Source: an uncultured Candidatus Saccharibacteria bacterium
GTDB taxonomy: Bacteria; Patescibacteriota; Minisyncoccia; Phycocordibacterales; JACOZG01
Reading direction: 5' to 3'
Length of the DNA stretch: 64,000 bases
NCBI GenBank assembly: GCA_964591715.1
Contig: CAZQDR010000004.1
Coordinates: forward strand, 375-64,374
How positions within the stretch are numbered: the first letter of the stretch is position 1; the number at the start of each line of letters is the position of its first letter. This document shows, one piece after another, positions 47,662-57,782 of this stretch. Below the pieces are notes generated by a model. The model made no database searches and was not told the origin of the DNA. It saw nothing but the letters and a program-made list of their open reading frames with translations. A program made the position numbers and the translations under genes.

Positions 47662-48312
47662 TCACAATCCTTCGTTAAAAATCTTTAAGTCGCGTTTAAA
47701 GATAAAACGCGCGAGATGGTAAATGGTAAAGGTGATGAAGAAGGCGGCGACGACATCAATTGAATAGTGGAGGTGGCCCATCAGTACCACTACACCAAAG
47801 AAAATAGCGGCGGCACTAAAGAAGATTAGGAGCCGCCGATTTTCGTGGAAAATCAAACCCAGCAGAAAGGGCTGACCAGTGTGACCGGAGAAGAATAAAT
47901 CACCGCCGAAGGTAAACTTTTCGATCAGCTGTGAGGTGTAATCAATCACGGTTCGGTCGGGGAAAGGTCCAATGTGAGTAAGGGTAATAAATAGTGAGCG
48001 GATCAAAATAAATAGTGCCAGCGAGTTTAGTACGAATGGTAGCCGCCGCGGCTCCGAGAAGCAAAGCCAAGCCGCAATTGCAAAAACGACGATTGGTCCG
48101 TAAACAAAGGGTAGGTCGACATTATAGACAGGGATGTTGTCGAGAATGACGTCAGTGACATAATTGCTCGCATGAGTGGTGGCAAAACTGCCGGCATAGA
48201 AGTTTACAATTAAACTGAAGAGGAAGAGCAGGGTGGCCATGGTGGTGGCCATGACAAAGCGACGATTCGAGAAGTAGCGACGATAACTTGGATTTAGGTT
48301 TTTATCCTGCAT
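47662..48312 (-). CDS. Sphingomyelin-synthase-like PAP2-family phosphotransferase
   Basis: GGDLFFSGHT and HYSIDV motifs in a multi-TM protein. Confidence 0.75.
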   Translation of the reverse strand: MQDKNLNPSYRRYFSNRRFVMATTMATLLFLFSLIVNFYAGSFATTHASNYVTDVILDNIPVYNVDLPFVYGPIVVFAIAAWLCFSEPRRLPFVLNSLALFILIRSLFITLTHIGPFPDRTVIDYTSQLIEKFTFGGDLFFSGHTGQPFLLGLIFHENRRLLIFFSAAAIFFGVVVLMGHLHYSIDVVAAFFITFTIYHLARFIFKRDLKIFNEGL

Positions 48313-48318
48313 ATTGTG

Positions 48319-49038
48319 TTAGCGAATTTCCTTCCACTCCTTGCTGTATGATTTTTTAAATAAAGTAACCGAGAGGGAATTGATGGCCCAAATTGAGAGC
48401 AGTTTGGGCCAGCCAACACTGTGTGGTCGGCGGCCGGTGTGATAAACCGTTAAGTCCCGGATCACCCGTGTTTTACCGACCAGTGAAAGTCGGCGGAAGA
48501 ACTCAAAATCTTCCCCGGCTACATACTGATGGTTGTAGCCACCCAGTTGGCGGTACTTTTGGGTGCGCATCATTTGGAACTCGCCCGCCGCCATACCAAT
48601 CCCGCAGAAATTATTAAAAAAGAGCAGATAGTAACCAAAGCACCAAAATACCAATCGATCAAAAAAAGTTTCCATTTCTGGTAGTACGCGAATGAACGGA
48701 GCAATCGCCACCAACTTTTCGTCCGCCGCAAACAGCTTGAGCGCCTTCGCAAAAAACTCGTCCGGATTGGGGATGGTGACGTCGGCATCAAGAAAGAGCA
48801 AAAAGTCGCCTGTGGCCAGAGCGGCGCCGGCATTGCGACCGCCCGCAATGGTTTGTCGGGCGGAGTCATGATCAAGCGCAATCTTATTGGTATAGCGGCG
48901 GGCGATGGCAACGGTTTGGTCGGTGCTCTTGCCGTCGGAGACGATAATTTCGTGGGGGCCGGTATACTCGGCTAGATTTTTAAGCGTCTTCTCAATGATC
49001 TTCTCCTCATCAAGAGTTGGAATAATAATGGAAATCAT
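48319..49038 (-). CDS. Glycosyltransferase family 2
   Basis: ISIIIPTLDE, DGKSTD, FLDAD and GED motifs. Confidence 0.9.
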   Translation of the reverse strand: MISIIIPTLDEEKIIEKTLKNLAEYTGPHEIIVSDGKSTDQTVAIARRYTNKIALDHDSARQTIAGGRNAGAALATGDFLLFLDADVTIPNPDEFFAKALKLFAADEKLVAIAPFIRVLPEMETFFDRLVFWCFGYYLLFFNNFCGIGMAAGEFQMMRTQKYRQLGGYNHQYVAGEDFEFFRRLSLVGKTRVIRDLTVYHTGRRPHSVGWPKLLSIWAINSLSVTLFKKSYSKEWKEIR

Positions 49039-49631
49039 GAAGTTAAAATTTTATTCTTAAAATAACGGGACAAGCCATAAGTGGCGGCTCCGACCAAGAC
49101 GATGACTGAGATAACGAAGACGATCTTTAAATCACCGCTGATACGAGTGTACACTTCACCAAAGAAGTAGCCAATAGCGAGTAGTCCCGAGACGAGGATA
49201 ACTTCGCCGAGGAAATTTAAGAGCATGTAGGTTCGGAAGGGGACGCGGGTGGCGCCAGCGGCAATCACCGTGGCCAAAGCCATCCCAAAACCAATTGTGA
49301 CTTTGGAGATAAAAAGAATCTTCGCCTCGTATCGACGGAAGAGCTCCTTCGCTACAACAAACTTCTCTGGTGTCAGACCAAAAAAGTGGCCATAGCGACG
49401 GATGAGCGGTTCTGCAAAATAATAGCCAACGAAGTACCAAAAAATATCCGCCAACAGATCACCAATCACGAGTGCTAGGAATAGTGGCACCAAGGCAAAG
49501 ATGCCGGTACGAAGCATGATACCGGAGGCGACCATAATAACGGGACCCTCAATGATTGCACCGGCGATTAGGAGCGGATAACGCCAAGCGCTAGCAAAGG
49601 TTAAAATGTAAGTGAGAAAAGGTGGCGGCAT
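49035..49631 (-). CDS. DedA/VTT-family membrane protein
   Basis: IIEGP, GDLLADIFWYFVG and F.RY..KILFISK motifs. Confidence 0.85.
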   Translation of the reverse strand: MPPPFLTYILTFASAWRYPLLIAGAIIEGPVIMVASGIMLRTGIFALVPLFLALVIGDLLADIFWYFVGYYFAEPLIRRYGHFFGLTPEKFVVAKELFRRYEAKILFISKVTIGFGMALATVIAAGATRVPFRTYMLLNFLGEVILVSGLLAIGYFFGEVYTRISGDLKIVFVISVIVLVGAATYGLSRYFKNKILTS

Positions 49632-49637
49632 AAAAGT

Positions 49638-50357
49638 TTAGCTTCCGGAAGACTCATGATATGGTCGACCAAAGAAGGTTACCCAGAGATAATTAATAAC
49701 GTAGCGCCAAGTTAAACGCAGGACACCAAGTCGGTTGAAGCGACGGGCCGATGATTCGACGACCAGGTCATTTTGGAATAGCACCTTGCCTACCTTGGCC
49801 AGTTGTCGGGCGAGCTCAGTATCATCGCCGTGAAATACGAAACTGGTATCATAGCCCCCGATCTTCTCCAGAGCGCTGGCGCGCATTACCACATTGCCCC
49901 CAACCATCACCAAGCCGCGACGGAAGAGGTGGTAGTTGACCGTGCTTACCCAATTGTAAACTATCTTTTGCGATAGTGTCGTCCAAAAAGCAAACCAGCG
50001 GCCGCGATCGTAATAGTGGTAGGGTCCAGTCACGGCGACCACGTTTGGGTTGGCGAAATAGCGGCCGGCGCGCTTCAACCAGTCGGTTGGCGGTAGGCAA
50101 TCGGCATCCAGATTGGCAATTAGTTCGCCAGTGGCTGCTTGCCGACCGCACTCCCGGGCAAACTGCGTGCCCCGGCGCGACTCGTGCAAAAGTTTAACGG
50201 CGGGGAAGGCCGCCACCTTACCGGCCGTGTCATCCGTGCTGTTGTTATCGACCACTATTACCTCGTAGTCGGGAAAGTCGAGCCGGAAGACAGCCTCAAG
50301 CGTGGCAGTAATAAAATTAGACTCATTGTGGGCCGGGATAATTATGGAAACCTTCAT
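49638..50357 (-). CDS. Glycosyltransferase family 2
   Basis: VSIIIPAHNE, VDNNSTD, LDADC, GDDTEL and SARRF motifs. Confidence 0.9.
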   Translation of the reverse strand: MKVSIIIPAHNESNFITATLEAVFRLDFPDYEVIVVDNNSTDDTAGKVAAFPAVKLLHESRRGTQFARECGRQAATGELIANLDADCLPPTDWLKRAGRYFANPNVVAVTGPYHYYDRGRWFAFWTTLSQKIVYNWVSTVNYHLFRRGLVMVGGNVVMRASALEKIGGYDTSFVFHGDDTELARQLAKVGKVLFQNDLVVESSARRFNRLGVLRLTWRYVINYLWVTFFGRPYHESSGS

Positions 50358-50393
50358 ATAGCTATGTTGAGCTGGGTATAGTATACTAAAAAT

Positions 50394-50873
50394 ATGAATA
50401 ACAAAACATTAGTTTCCCTTATTGTAATTATTGTTATTATCATTGGCGCGGTGTGGTATTTTAACCGCCCAGCGCCAGTAGTCTCTGAACCAATTATCCC
50501 AACACCAAGCGAGATGGCGACCACCACCCTGCCTTTACCAACTGGCACTTCCACTGTAAGCACGAGCACCAGTTCGGTCCCGACTGCTACCACAACACCT
50601 AAGGTGTTAACGGTCACTGGTTCCAATTTTGCTTTCGCTCCCACTCAACTAACGGTCAAAAAGGGCGAGACCGTAACAATCAACTTCGAAAATACTGGCG
50701 GTTTGCATGACTGGAAGATTGATGAGTTTAATGCCGCCACTAAAAAGATTAACGGCGGCCAAACCGATTCTGTTACTTTCGTTGCTGACAAAGCTGGCTC
50801 GTTTGAGTATTACTGTTCGGTCGGAACGCATCGCCAAATGGGTATGCGTGGTACCCTTATCGTGACGCCGTAA
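50394..50873 (+). CDS. Membrane-anchored cupredoxin (type 1 copper)
   Basis: TM plus Thr-rich stalk; H...YYCSVGTHRQMGM provides His/Cys/His/Met ligands. Confidence 0.88.
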   Translation: MNNKTLVSLIVIIVIIIGAVWYFNRPAPVVSEPIIPTPSEMATTTLPLPTGTSTVSTSTSSVPTATTTPKVLTVTGSNFAFAPTQLTVKKGETVTINFENTGGLHDWKIDEFNAATKKINGGQTDSVTFVADKAGSFEYYCSVGTHRQMGMRGTLIVTP

Positions 50874-50888
50874 GTTTAATTTTTCAGA

Positions 50889-52175
50889 ATGTTTCGTCGC
50901 CCCGTTCTCTACGCTTTATTTTTTATCAACTTGGGAATTGTCGGCTTCATCTGGTGGAGCGGTTCCCACTCTCTTTTGGTCAACCAAAGCGGTGTCGCCA
51001 TTGCCTTCGGTCGCTTGGCGGGATTGCTGATGGAGTATTTTATTTTGGTCCAGCTCGTATTGATTGGTCGGATCAGACCAGTGGAGCGAGAGTTTGGTCA
51101 TGATAAATTAAATCGGGTTCATCGGACACTCGGATACAGTTTGGCGGCGGTTTTGCTCCTTCACCCATTTTTGTTGACGCTCGGTTACGCCTGGCAGAGT
51201 AATCGTTCGCTGATTGGTCAATTCTCAAATTTCCTCACTAGTTGGGATGATGTGGCTAAAGCGGCCGCCGCCCTAGTTATCTTTGTTGTTATTATCGGCA
51301 TTTCCGTGGCGATCGTTCGTCGCAAACTGCGATACGAGACTTGGTACTTTAGCCACCTGTCACTATACGTGGCAATTTTCTTGGCGTTTGATCATCAAAC
51401 CAAAACGGCCGACGTGAGTTTTGGTTGGCCGCTCTACTATTGGCTTGGCTTAAACTACTTGGTGTTTGGCCTGTTGCTTGCTTATCGCTTTCTCCGGCCA
51501 CTCTACCTCTTCAATCGTCATCGCTTTACTGTAGAGAAAGTGGTACCCGAGACACACGATGTTCAGTCCGTTTATATTCGCGGACGTAAACTCGAGCGCT
51601 ATCGGTTTGAGGCGGGGCAGTTTGTTAATGTTACCTTCCTGCGACGAGGGATGTGGTACACGCATCCATTCTCCTTTTCGGCGGCGCCCAACGGTAAGTA
51701 TCTCCGGCTGTCCATTAAGCGCAGCGGGGACTTTACCTCGCAGATTCAGAATATTAAGCCAGGCACTAAAGTGATTTTAGATGGTCCGCTCGGCCGCTTC
51801 ACCACGCGCGCGGCTACTCGCTCCAAGTTTTTGCTAATCGCTGGTGGTATCGGAATTACGCCGCTGCGTTCGTTAACCGAGGAACTAGCGGCAGCGAAGA
51901 AGGATTTTATATTATTGTTTGCGAATAAAACGGAAGCGGATGTGGTTTTTAAAACTGAACTGGAGCAATTGGCGCTGGGGGACCGCTGGCACAATCTATT
52001 CTCGAGTCAGGGTCAATATGTCGACGCCGCACAAATTAAAACTATCGCAGCAGATTTTATGGAGCGCGAAGTTTACTTATGCGGCCCGCCACCAATGTTG
52101 AAGGGGGTGCGAAAAGTACTCTTGGATCTTGGTTTGCCGGCGGAGCAGCTCCACTACGAAATCTTTGCTTACTAG
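50889..52175 (+). CDS. Ferric-reductase-like transmembrane / FNR-domain oxidoreductase
   Basis: TM His pairs; HPFS, GDFT, AGGIGITP, CGPPPM and terminal EIF motifs. Confidence 0.88.
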   Translation: MFRRPVLYALFFINLGIVGFIWWSGSHSLLVNQSGVAIAFGRLAGLLMEYFILVQLVLIGRIRPVEREFGHDKLNRVHRTLGYSLAAVLLLHPFLLTLGYAWQSNRSLIGQFSNFLTSWDDVAKAAAALVIFVVIIGISVAIVRRKLRYETWYFSHLSLYVAIFLAFDHQTKTADVSFGWPLYYWLGLNYLVFGLLLAYRFLRPLYLFNRHRFTVEKVVPETHDVQSVYIRGRKLERYRFEAGQFVNVTFLRRGMWYTHPFSFSAAPNGKYLRLSIKRSGDFTSQIQNIKPGTKVILDGPLGRFTTRAATRSKFLLIAGGIGITPLRSLTEELAAAKKDFILLFANKTEADVVFKTELEQLALGDRWHNLFSSQGQYVDAAQIKTIAADFMEREVYLCGPPPMLKGVRKVLLDLGLPAEQLHYEIFAY

Positions 52176-52238
52176 TTTGACAAGGTTGGGGATTGGCATA
52201 AAGTAAAACTAGTCACCCATTTTTGAAAGGGGGTTCTT

Positions 52239-52679
52239 TTGAAAACTAATCAAAGGCTGTGGCGCCTGCCACTAGAGGTCCCGCGCCAGGCAATGACTAG
52301 CCGCGAACGATTTTGGTATTCTCGCCCGCGCTTGCGCCGTTGGCTCAAGCACAATTGCTGGTTCTTGGTCTACGGTGTTCATGCCGTCTTCGCGGCCAGC
52401 GTATTTGCTTGGCTGATGCTTAGGGATGAATTTGTTCTGGCGTTCCTAGCCTTGACGATTCAAATGCTGGTTTATCTGGCAACGAGCTACATTATCGTCA
52501 ACTTGCTTGAGCCATTCTTTGAGGTCGGGGATTTTCGCTACTGTCCCAAGTGCGAGGCGGCGGTGCGACCCCACTTTAGCTCACCGTTCTTTGGGTGGCG
52601 TCGGCGAGTGAGTTGTCCCAACGAAGACTGTGGCCATGTCTTCCATTGCGAAAGCGCCAAATTATCAGCTGATCCGTAG
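52239..52679 (+). CDS. Hypothetical membrane protein with a C-terminal zinc ribbon
   Basis: AAAGGGGG RBS; 2 TM helices; CPKC and CPNEDC; downstream terminator. Confidence 0.6.
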   Translation: MKTNQRLWRLPLEVPRQAMTSRERFWYSRPRLRRWLKHNCWFLVYGVHAVFAASVFAWLMLRDEFVLAFLALTIQMLVYLATSYIIVNLLEPFFEVGDFRYCPKCEAAVRPHFSSPFFGWRRRVSCPNEDCGHVFHCESAKLSADP

Positions 52680-52788
52680 TCACTTAAGGCCCTCCACTCG
52701 GAGGGTCTTTTCTATACTCAAAATTAGTGTTAGATTCTAAATGGCGTTTAAATAGTCGGATCTAACCTTCTATAAGTAGGAGCAACCA

Positions 52789-53262
52789 ATGCAGCCGTCT
52801 ATTGAGGCGATTCAGGATGTCTTCTTTTGTGGGATGAGGGAAGGCTGGGCTTTTGGTTATGAGCCGGCCCAGAAAGGGCCCGAGCAATTTTACCGGTATG
52901 TCACTGGCAGCTGGGAACTCATAGACGGTTATGAGGCTGGTTTACCAGACCACTACAGTGTTGGGCAAACCACTATCCGGTATTGCGGGGTTCCGGTGTG
53001 GGTGATGCATTATTTTGGTTATTACCATCCGGCGGTGATCGATTGCGTGAAGCTGGCTCTTCGAGATTGTTACGTACGAAATTTCTTTTGGGGTGGGCGT
53101 GGTCCAGCAAAGTTTACTCACCTAGGCCTCACCTATCTCAACCATGTGTCTTTGGCTGCTTTGGAATTCCAGCGATTCTCGGGACAAGAAGAGGTGCTTC
53201 ATCCTCACGGATTCCAGTTAGGCTTTCATTGCTACCACGGTGGCGTCCTTTTTGCTCATTGA
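52789..53262 (+). CDS. DUF5680-like hypothetical protein
   Basis: PVWVMHYFG, RGP, FSGQE and YHGG motifs; AGGAG RBS. Confidence 0.7.
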   Translation: MQPSIEAIQDVFFCGMREGWAFGYEPAQKGPEQFYRYVTGSWELIDGYEAGLPDHYSVGQTTIRYCGVPVWVMHYFGYYHPAVIDCVKLALRDCYVRNFFWGGRGPAKFTHLGLTYLNHVSLAALEFQRFSGQEEVLHPHGFQLGFHCYHGGVLFAH

Positions 53263-53277
53263 AGCGACGACAAACTA

Positions 53278-53314
53278 AACCCCCGACTGCGCCCGCAGTC
53301 GGGGGTTATTTTTT
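53278..53314. terminator. Intrinsic terminator between convergent genes
   Basis: AACCCCCGACTGC-gccc-GCAGTCGGGGGTT hairpin followed by a T-tract. Confidence 0.85.
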
Positions 53315-53319
53315 AATAA

Positions 53320-53697
53320 TTAGTGAGCTAGACTGCCAATTTTGAAGTTGGCCAGGGCAGCCTCGGGCTGGGGTTGGCCACCGTGTTGATTAGTGAAGGC
53401 GCTGGAGCCATCAGTACCGCACAGGCCCAAGATGGCTTGACTGCCGCCTGGGTGATCACTAATCCAACTGGTCAGATCGTAAACTGAACCATTAACGGCG
53501 GCGTAGCAACTGGTGGCACTGTTATGCTTGGCGATTTCGGCCAAACTAATCTCGTCCGCAGCGACCGGCGTACTGGTTGCTATTGGTTCTGGGGTAGGGG
53601 TCACCGGAGCGGAAGTACCCTGATTGTAATTAAAGGCGACGGCACCAATAATAATCAAAACAATAACGATAATAGAAATAAGTAAGGTTTTATTCAT
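53320..53697 (-). CDS. Membrane-anchored cytochrome b5-like heme-binding protein
   Basis: EIAKHN...VYDLT.W...HPGG...CGTDGS..F...H...KIG. Confidence 0.88.
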   Translation of the reverse strand: MNKTLLISIIVIVLIIIGAVAFNYNQGTSAPVTPTPEPIATSTPVAADEISLAEIAKHNSATSCYAAVNGSVYDLTSWISDHPGGSQAILGLCGTDGSSAFTNQHGGQPQPEAALANFKIGSLAH

Positions 53698-53704
53698 AAA
53701 TATT

Positions 53705-54121
53705 TTATTGGCGATTAAATGGTGCGGTTGATGAGGCGGGGCGGATTTGAATTGCTTGGGCGCTAACACTGCCGTCTTGGTTAGGGCTACCGGTGACGGA
53801 AATTTGTTGACCCACCTGCAAGTCGGTAACCGATCCCGCAGTCATTTTGGTGACAGCGGTAGAGGAACTGAAGAAGATAATTTTTGAACCAGCCTCACGC
53901 AGTTTGAGGGTAATACTTTGATTGTCGGCGCTCATAATTTCGCCAGCCGTTACGGCGCCTTGAGGCAGCCCCATTGTGGCGCGGTTAAAGTTGCGGTTGG
54001 CGTTTTGTCCGGCCAGTCCCGCGGCCGCGGGACTGGCGGCCGCTTTGCTGCCGCTATAGTAGCCGGCCAAACCGCCGACAGCTAGAGCAATAATAAGATA
54101 AGTGATGATTTGTTTGTTCAT
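53705..54121 (-). CDS. Membrane-anchored DUF5666-like protein
   Basis: DLQVGQQISVTG..NQDGSVSAQAIQ. Confidence 0.7.
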   Translation of the reverse strand: MNKQIITYLIIALAVGGLAGYYSGSKAAASPAAAGLAGQNANRNFNRATMGLPQGAVTAGEIMSADNQSITLKLREAGSKIIFFSSSTAVTKMTAGSVTDLQVGQQISVTGSPNQDGSVSAQAIQIRPASSTAPFNRQ

Positions 54122-54134
54122 GATGATAATTATT

Positions 54135-55346
54135 TTATTCGTAACGCAGGGCCTGGATCGGGTTTAGTCCCGCGGCGCGTCGCGCCGGGTAGTAACCAAA
54201 CAAGATCCCAATGGCCGCTGAGACACCGAAGGCCAACAGCACCGAACTTAGCGATACCTTAGTTTGGATAATACCGGTGCTGGTGACAATAAATGATATC
54301 AGCCAGCCCAAAAGTACGCCAATCAGTCCGCCGACAAAGGTGAGCATCACCGCCTCGATTAGGAACTGGAGATTAATATCGCGGCGCTTGGCCCCAATCG
54401 CTTTGCGCAAGCCGATCTCCTTGGTCCGCTCGGTGACAGTGGTGAGCATCATATTCATAATACCGATACCACCAACGACGAGCGAAATGCCAGCAATCGA
54501 GGCCAGAAAGAGCGTGAAGGTGTTTACCACTTGCGAGAGTGTGCCCAAGATATCTTGCTGGGAGATAATGGAAAAGTCAGCTTCGTCCACGCGGTGTTTC
54601 TCGAGCAGGGCATCAGTAATGACTTGCTGGACAGCGCTGATGTTATCTTTGTCGGTAACCGAGACTGAAATAGTTGATAGGTAGTCCACGCCACTTAAAA
54701 CTTTTTGCATTGTTGAGAGGGGGACGATTACCATATCGTCAGGACCAGAGAAGCCCGCCCCACCCTTGGACTCAAGAACGCCGACAACGCGGAAGATGCT
54801 GCCGTTAATGCGCAGACTTTTACCGATCGGGTCGTCCTCACCGAAGAGGTCCGTTGCGACTGTGGCACCGAGCACCGCCTCGCGGCCAATGTTTCTTAGC
54901 GAAGCGTCCGAAATAAATGAGCCGTTACTTAAATTTAAATTTCTTAGCGTTAGGTAGCTTGGGTTAACGCCGTTAACCGTGGTGTTGGTGTTGTTGCCGG
55001 TGCCGGCCGCGATCTGGAAGCGGCGTGAGAGTTCGGGCGAAATCAAAGAGACACCCTCAATGGCCTCAATCACTCCAACATCCTCGTTCAATAATGTTTG
55101 GGCCGAGCCGCGTCCAGAGGAGACAATGCCGCGGCCGGGTTGGACGACACCTGGCAGAATGGTCAGCAAATTGGAGCCCAAGCCCTCGATGCTCGACTGG
55201 ATTTGGGCCTTGGCCCCCTCGCCAATTGATACCATGGCAATAACTGAGCTGATACCAATAACGATACCGAGCATGGTTAAACCCGAACGGACTTTGTTGG
55301 CTGAGAGGGCGGTATAAGTCTCGTGGAAGATGTCGCGGATGGTCAT
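54135..55346 (-). CDS. MacB/FtsX-family ABC permease
   Basis: RSGLTMLGIVIGI, VGGIGIMN, ERTKEIGLRKAIGA and YPARRAA motifs. Confidence 0.93.
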   Translation of the reverse strand: MTIRDIFHETYTALSANKVRSGLTMLGIVIGISSVIAMVSIGEGAKAQIQSSIEGLGSNLLTILPGVVQPGRGIVSSGRGSAQTLLNEDVGVIEAIEGVSLISPELSRRFQIAAGTGNNTNTTVNGVNPSYLTLRNLNLSNGSFISDASLRNIGREAVLGATVATDLFGEDDPIGKSLRINGSIFRVVGVLESKGGAGFSGPDDMVIVPLSTMQKVLSGVDYLSTISVSVTDKDNISAVQQVITDALLEKHRVDEADFSIISQQDILGTLSQVVNTFTLFLASIAGISLVVGGIGIMNMMLTTVTERTKEIGLRKAIGAKRRDINLQFLIEAVMLTFVGGLIGVLLGWLISFIVTSTGIIQTKVSLSSVLLAFGVSAAIGILFGYYPARRAAGLNPIQALRYE

Positions 55347-56026
55347 AATTTTTTATCTTGAATAATTTCGCCGTCACGCAAATAAATAATTCGGCGGGCA
55401 TGCTGGGCAACGTCGAGCTCGTGAGTAATTAACACAATGGTTCGGCCAAGTTCCTCGTTAAGTTTTTTGAAAGTGTCCAAAACAATTTCGCCCGTTTTAG
55501 TATCGAGGTTGCCGGTTGGCTCATCCGCTAGGATTAGCGAAGGATTGTTAACTAAAGCGCGGGCGATAGCCACGCGCTGAATTTGACCACCCGAGAGCTG
55601 GTTGGAGCGATGGTAAAAGTGAGCCTCATCCAAGCCGGCGGCGGTCAGAGCCGCCTTGGCCCGCTTAACTCGCTCTACGTCGCTAACGCCCGCATAAACG
55701 AGCGGTAACATGGCGTTCCTTAGCACTGTGGTGCGGGGCAAGAGGTTGAAGGACTGAAAGACGAAACCAATTTTATCGCGGCGAATGTCGGCCAGTTCAT
55801 CGTCGCTTAAAGTCGAAACATCTTTGCCGTCTAAAAGATACGTTCCCGCGGTTGGCGTATCAAGAGCGCCTAAAATATGCATTAGCGTTGATTTGCCCGA
55901 GCCCGACGGTCCCATGATCGCCACAAACTCGCCGTCATCAATCGTAAAGCTCGCACCCTTGAGCGCCTGGAAGGGTAAGGTCCCGATGGAGTCGTAGGTT
56001 TTGCTGATATTGGTTACTTGGATCAT
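55343..56026 (-). CDS. MacB/LolD-type ABC ATP-binding protein
   Basis: GPSGSGKS, LSGGQ, ILADEPTGNLD and ITH motifs. Confidence 0.93.
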   Translation of the reverse strand: MIQVTNISKTYDSIGTLPFQALKGASFTIDDGEFVAIMGPSGSGKSTLMHILGALDTPTAGTYLLDGKDVSTLSDDELADIRRDKIGFVFQSFNLLPRTTVLRNAMLPLVYAGVSDVERVKRAKAALTAAGLDEAHFYHRSNQLSGGQIQRVAIARALVNNPSLILADEPTGNLDTKTGEIVLDTFKKLNEELGRTIVLITHELDVAQHARRIIYLRDGEIIQDKKL

Positions 56027-56027
56027 T

Positions 56028-57677
56028 TTAACGAGTCGTTGCGCGAGGAGCGGCGGTGGTGCGGTTGTTACCACCAAAGAGGCTCGGGCTACTGGCGGGC
56101 GCTGCTGCTGCCGTCGCCGAGATAGTTCGCGAAACTACCTGATCGCCCTCGCTTAAGCCTGAAAGAATCTCGGTGTCCGAGTCGCTGGTGCTGCCCACTA
56201 CGACCACCTTCTCTGTTGGCACCATTGCGGAGCTCACACCAACTGTCCCAGCTGGGCCCTCAGGTAGTGGGGGATCAAAGACTAAAACATAGCGGGATTC
56301 GCCGCTGGACTTAACCGCGCCATTGGGCACGGTTAGAACATTTGATTTAACCTCAGTAATAATCGCCGCGGTAACACTCATACCCGGTTTGATCCGGACA
56401 TCATCAGTATCAAAAACTATTTTGACGTTGTAAGTCACGACCCCTTGGTCAACGGTGCCCACTTGGTCAACCTCGCTCACCTCGCCGCTAATCGTTAAGC
56501 CCTCGATCGCGTCAAAGGTGAGAGTGGCTTTGTTACCAACGCTTATTTTGGAGACATCCACCTCGTTGAGTGAGATGTCGGCAATTTTTTTAGCGCTCAC
56601 CACTGTCGCCACGACAGTACTGCCACTCACCGAGTCGGCGACCTTCACATTCATTTTGCCAACAATGCCCGCAAACGGCGCGCGGATAAAGTAATCATTA
56701 TAAGCTTGTTCTTTTTGACGGAGAGCAAGTTGCTGTGAGGCGATATCCAAGCTATCAGCACCCTCAACAAGATCAGACAAGGCATTTTTACTGTTGGTGA
56801 GAGAATTGATGGCGGAAATGATGCTGGAAGAGTTCTCGTTTATGGTGGTGGACCAGGTGTTCACATTGTTGCCCGCCGTGGTAGCGGCCGCAGGTTGGTA
56901 GGTAGGCTCATTGGTGGCCAAGAAGACGATGGCCGAACGGGCATCCTTTAAACTCTCGGCGTAGTATTGGGCTAACTGGGCAGTGTCGCTAAGAAAAGAC
57001 TCGATATTCTCGGCGGTGCTTGTCCGAGAGAGCGTACTGTATTTGATCAGGGAGGAGTTGTAAAACTTTTCCGCTCTGTCAAAGTTGCGAGCGGCGCGGT
57101 CGCGATAGTCGCGGGCCGTCACATTGCTCGAAAAGACGCCCCCGCCGTTATTGTTAAGGTAACCACTTGTTCCGTATAAGAGATCTTTTAGGCCGCTGTT
57201 AACGACCGGCAAATCTAAAAAGGTTCCGGTGATGGCGTTCCAGGCATCGTTATAACTTTTGTTGACTGAGTCGCGAGCGGCGACCAAATCCTTGGCGTCG
57301 GCTGGCTTAACCAACTTTTGGTAGGCGATCCGGGCTGTCTCTAAAGCAATCTCGGCGTCGCGCGCATCAATTTGAGCTAAGAGCTGGCCGGCGCCCACTG
57401 TTTGGCCGGTGGTAGCACCAATCGCCACCACGTCACCGGAGACCTTACTTTTAACATCAAGCTGGCTGGAGCCCGACACTTGTCCAGTGCCGGAGATGGA
57501 GCTGATCAGGTTGCCTCTCGTTGCGGTCGTTAAAACATACCGGGGTTGGCCGCTGGTGCTAGTGGCCGAGCGGATACTATAGTAGGCGATAGCCGCGATG
57601 ACTAAAACCAAAATACTGCTTAAAATCAGGTGGGCCCGAACCCAAGTCTTGGCACGATAAAAAAATGTAGTGTTCAT
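56028..57677 (-). CDS. MacA-like membrane fusion (adaptor) protein
   Basis: Lipoyl half-motifs (VKSKVSG, IRAPFAG), long helical hairpin, IKPGMS and EILSGLSEGD. Confidence 0.9.
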   Translation of the reverse strand: MNTTFFYRAKTWVRAHLILSSILVLVIAAIAYYSIRSATSTSGQPRYVLTTATRGNLISSISGTGQVSGSSQLDVKSKVSGDVVAIGATTGQTVGAGQLLAQIDARDAEIALETARIAYQKLVKPADAKDLVAARDSVNKSYNDAWNAITGTFLDLPVVNSGLKDLLYGTSGYLNNNGGGVFSSNVTARDYRDRAARNFDRAEKFYNSSLIKYSTLSRTSTAENIESFLSDTAQLAQYYAESLKDARSAIVFLATNEPTYQPAAATTAGNNVNTWSTTINENSSSIISAINSLTNSKNALSDLVEGADSLDIASQQLALRQKEQAYNDYFIRAPFAGIVGKMNVKVADSVSGSTVVATVVSAKKIADISLNEVDVSKISVGNKATLTFDAIEGLTISGEVSEVDQVGTVDQGVVTYNVKIVFDTDDVRIKPGMSVTAAIITEVKSNVLTVPNGAVKSSGESRYVLVFDPPLPEGPAGTVGVSSAMVPTEKVVVVGSTSDSDTEILSGLSEGDQVVSRTISATAAAAPASSPSLFGGNNRTTAAPRATTR

Positions 57678-57782
57678 TGATTAGTAGTTTATCACTTTTA
57701 GAACAAAACTCCACCTGGTATATCTCTGAGGCTGTTTCGGTGTATAATATGAAGGTGAAGGTTCTATTACTATAAATAACTT

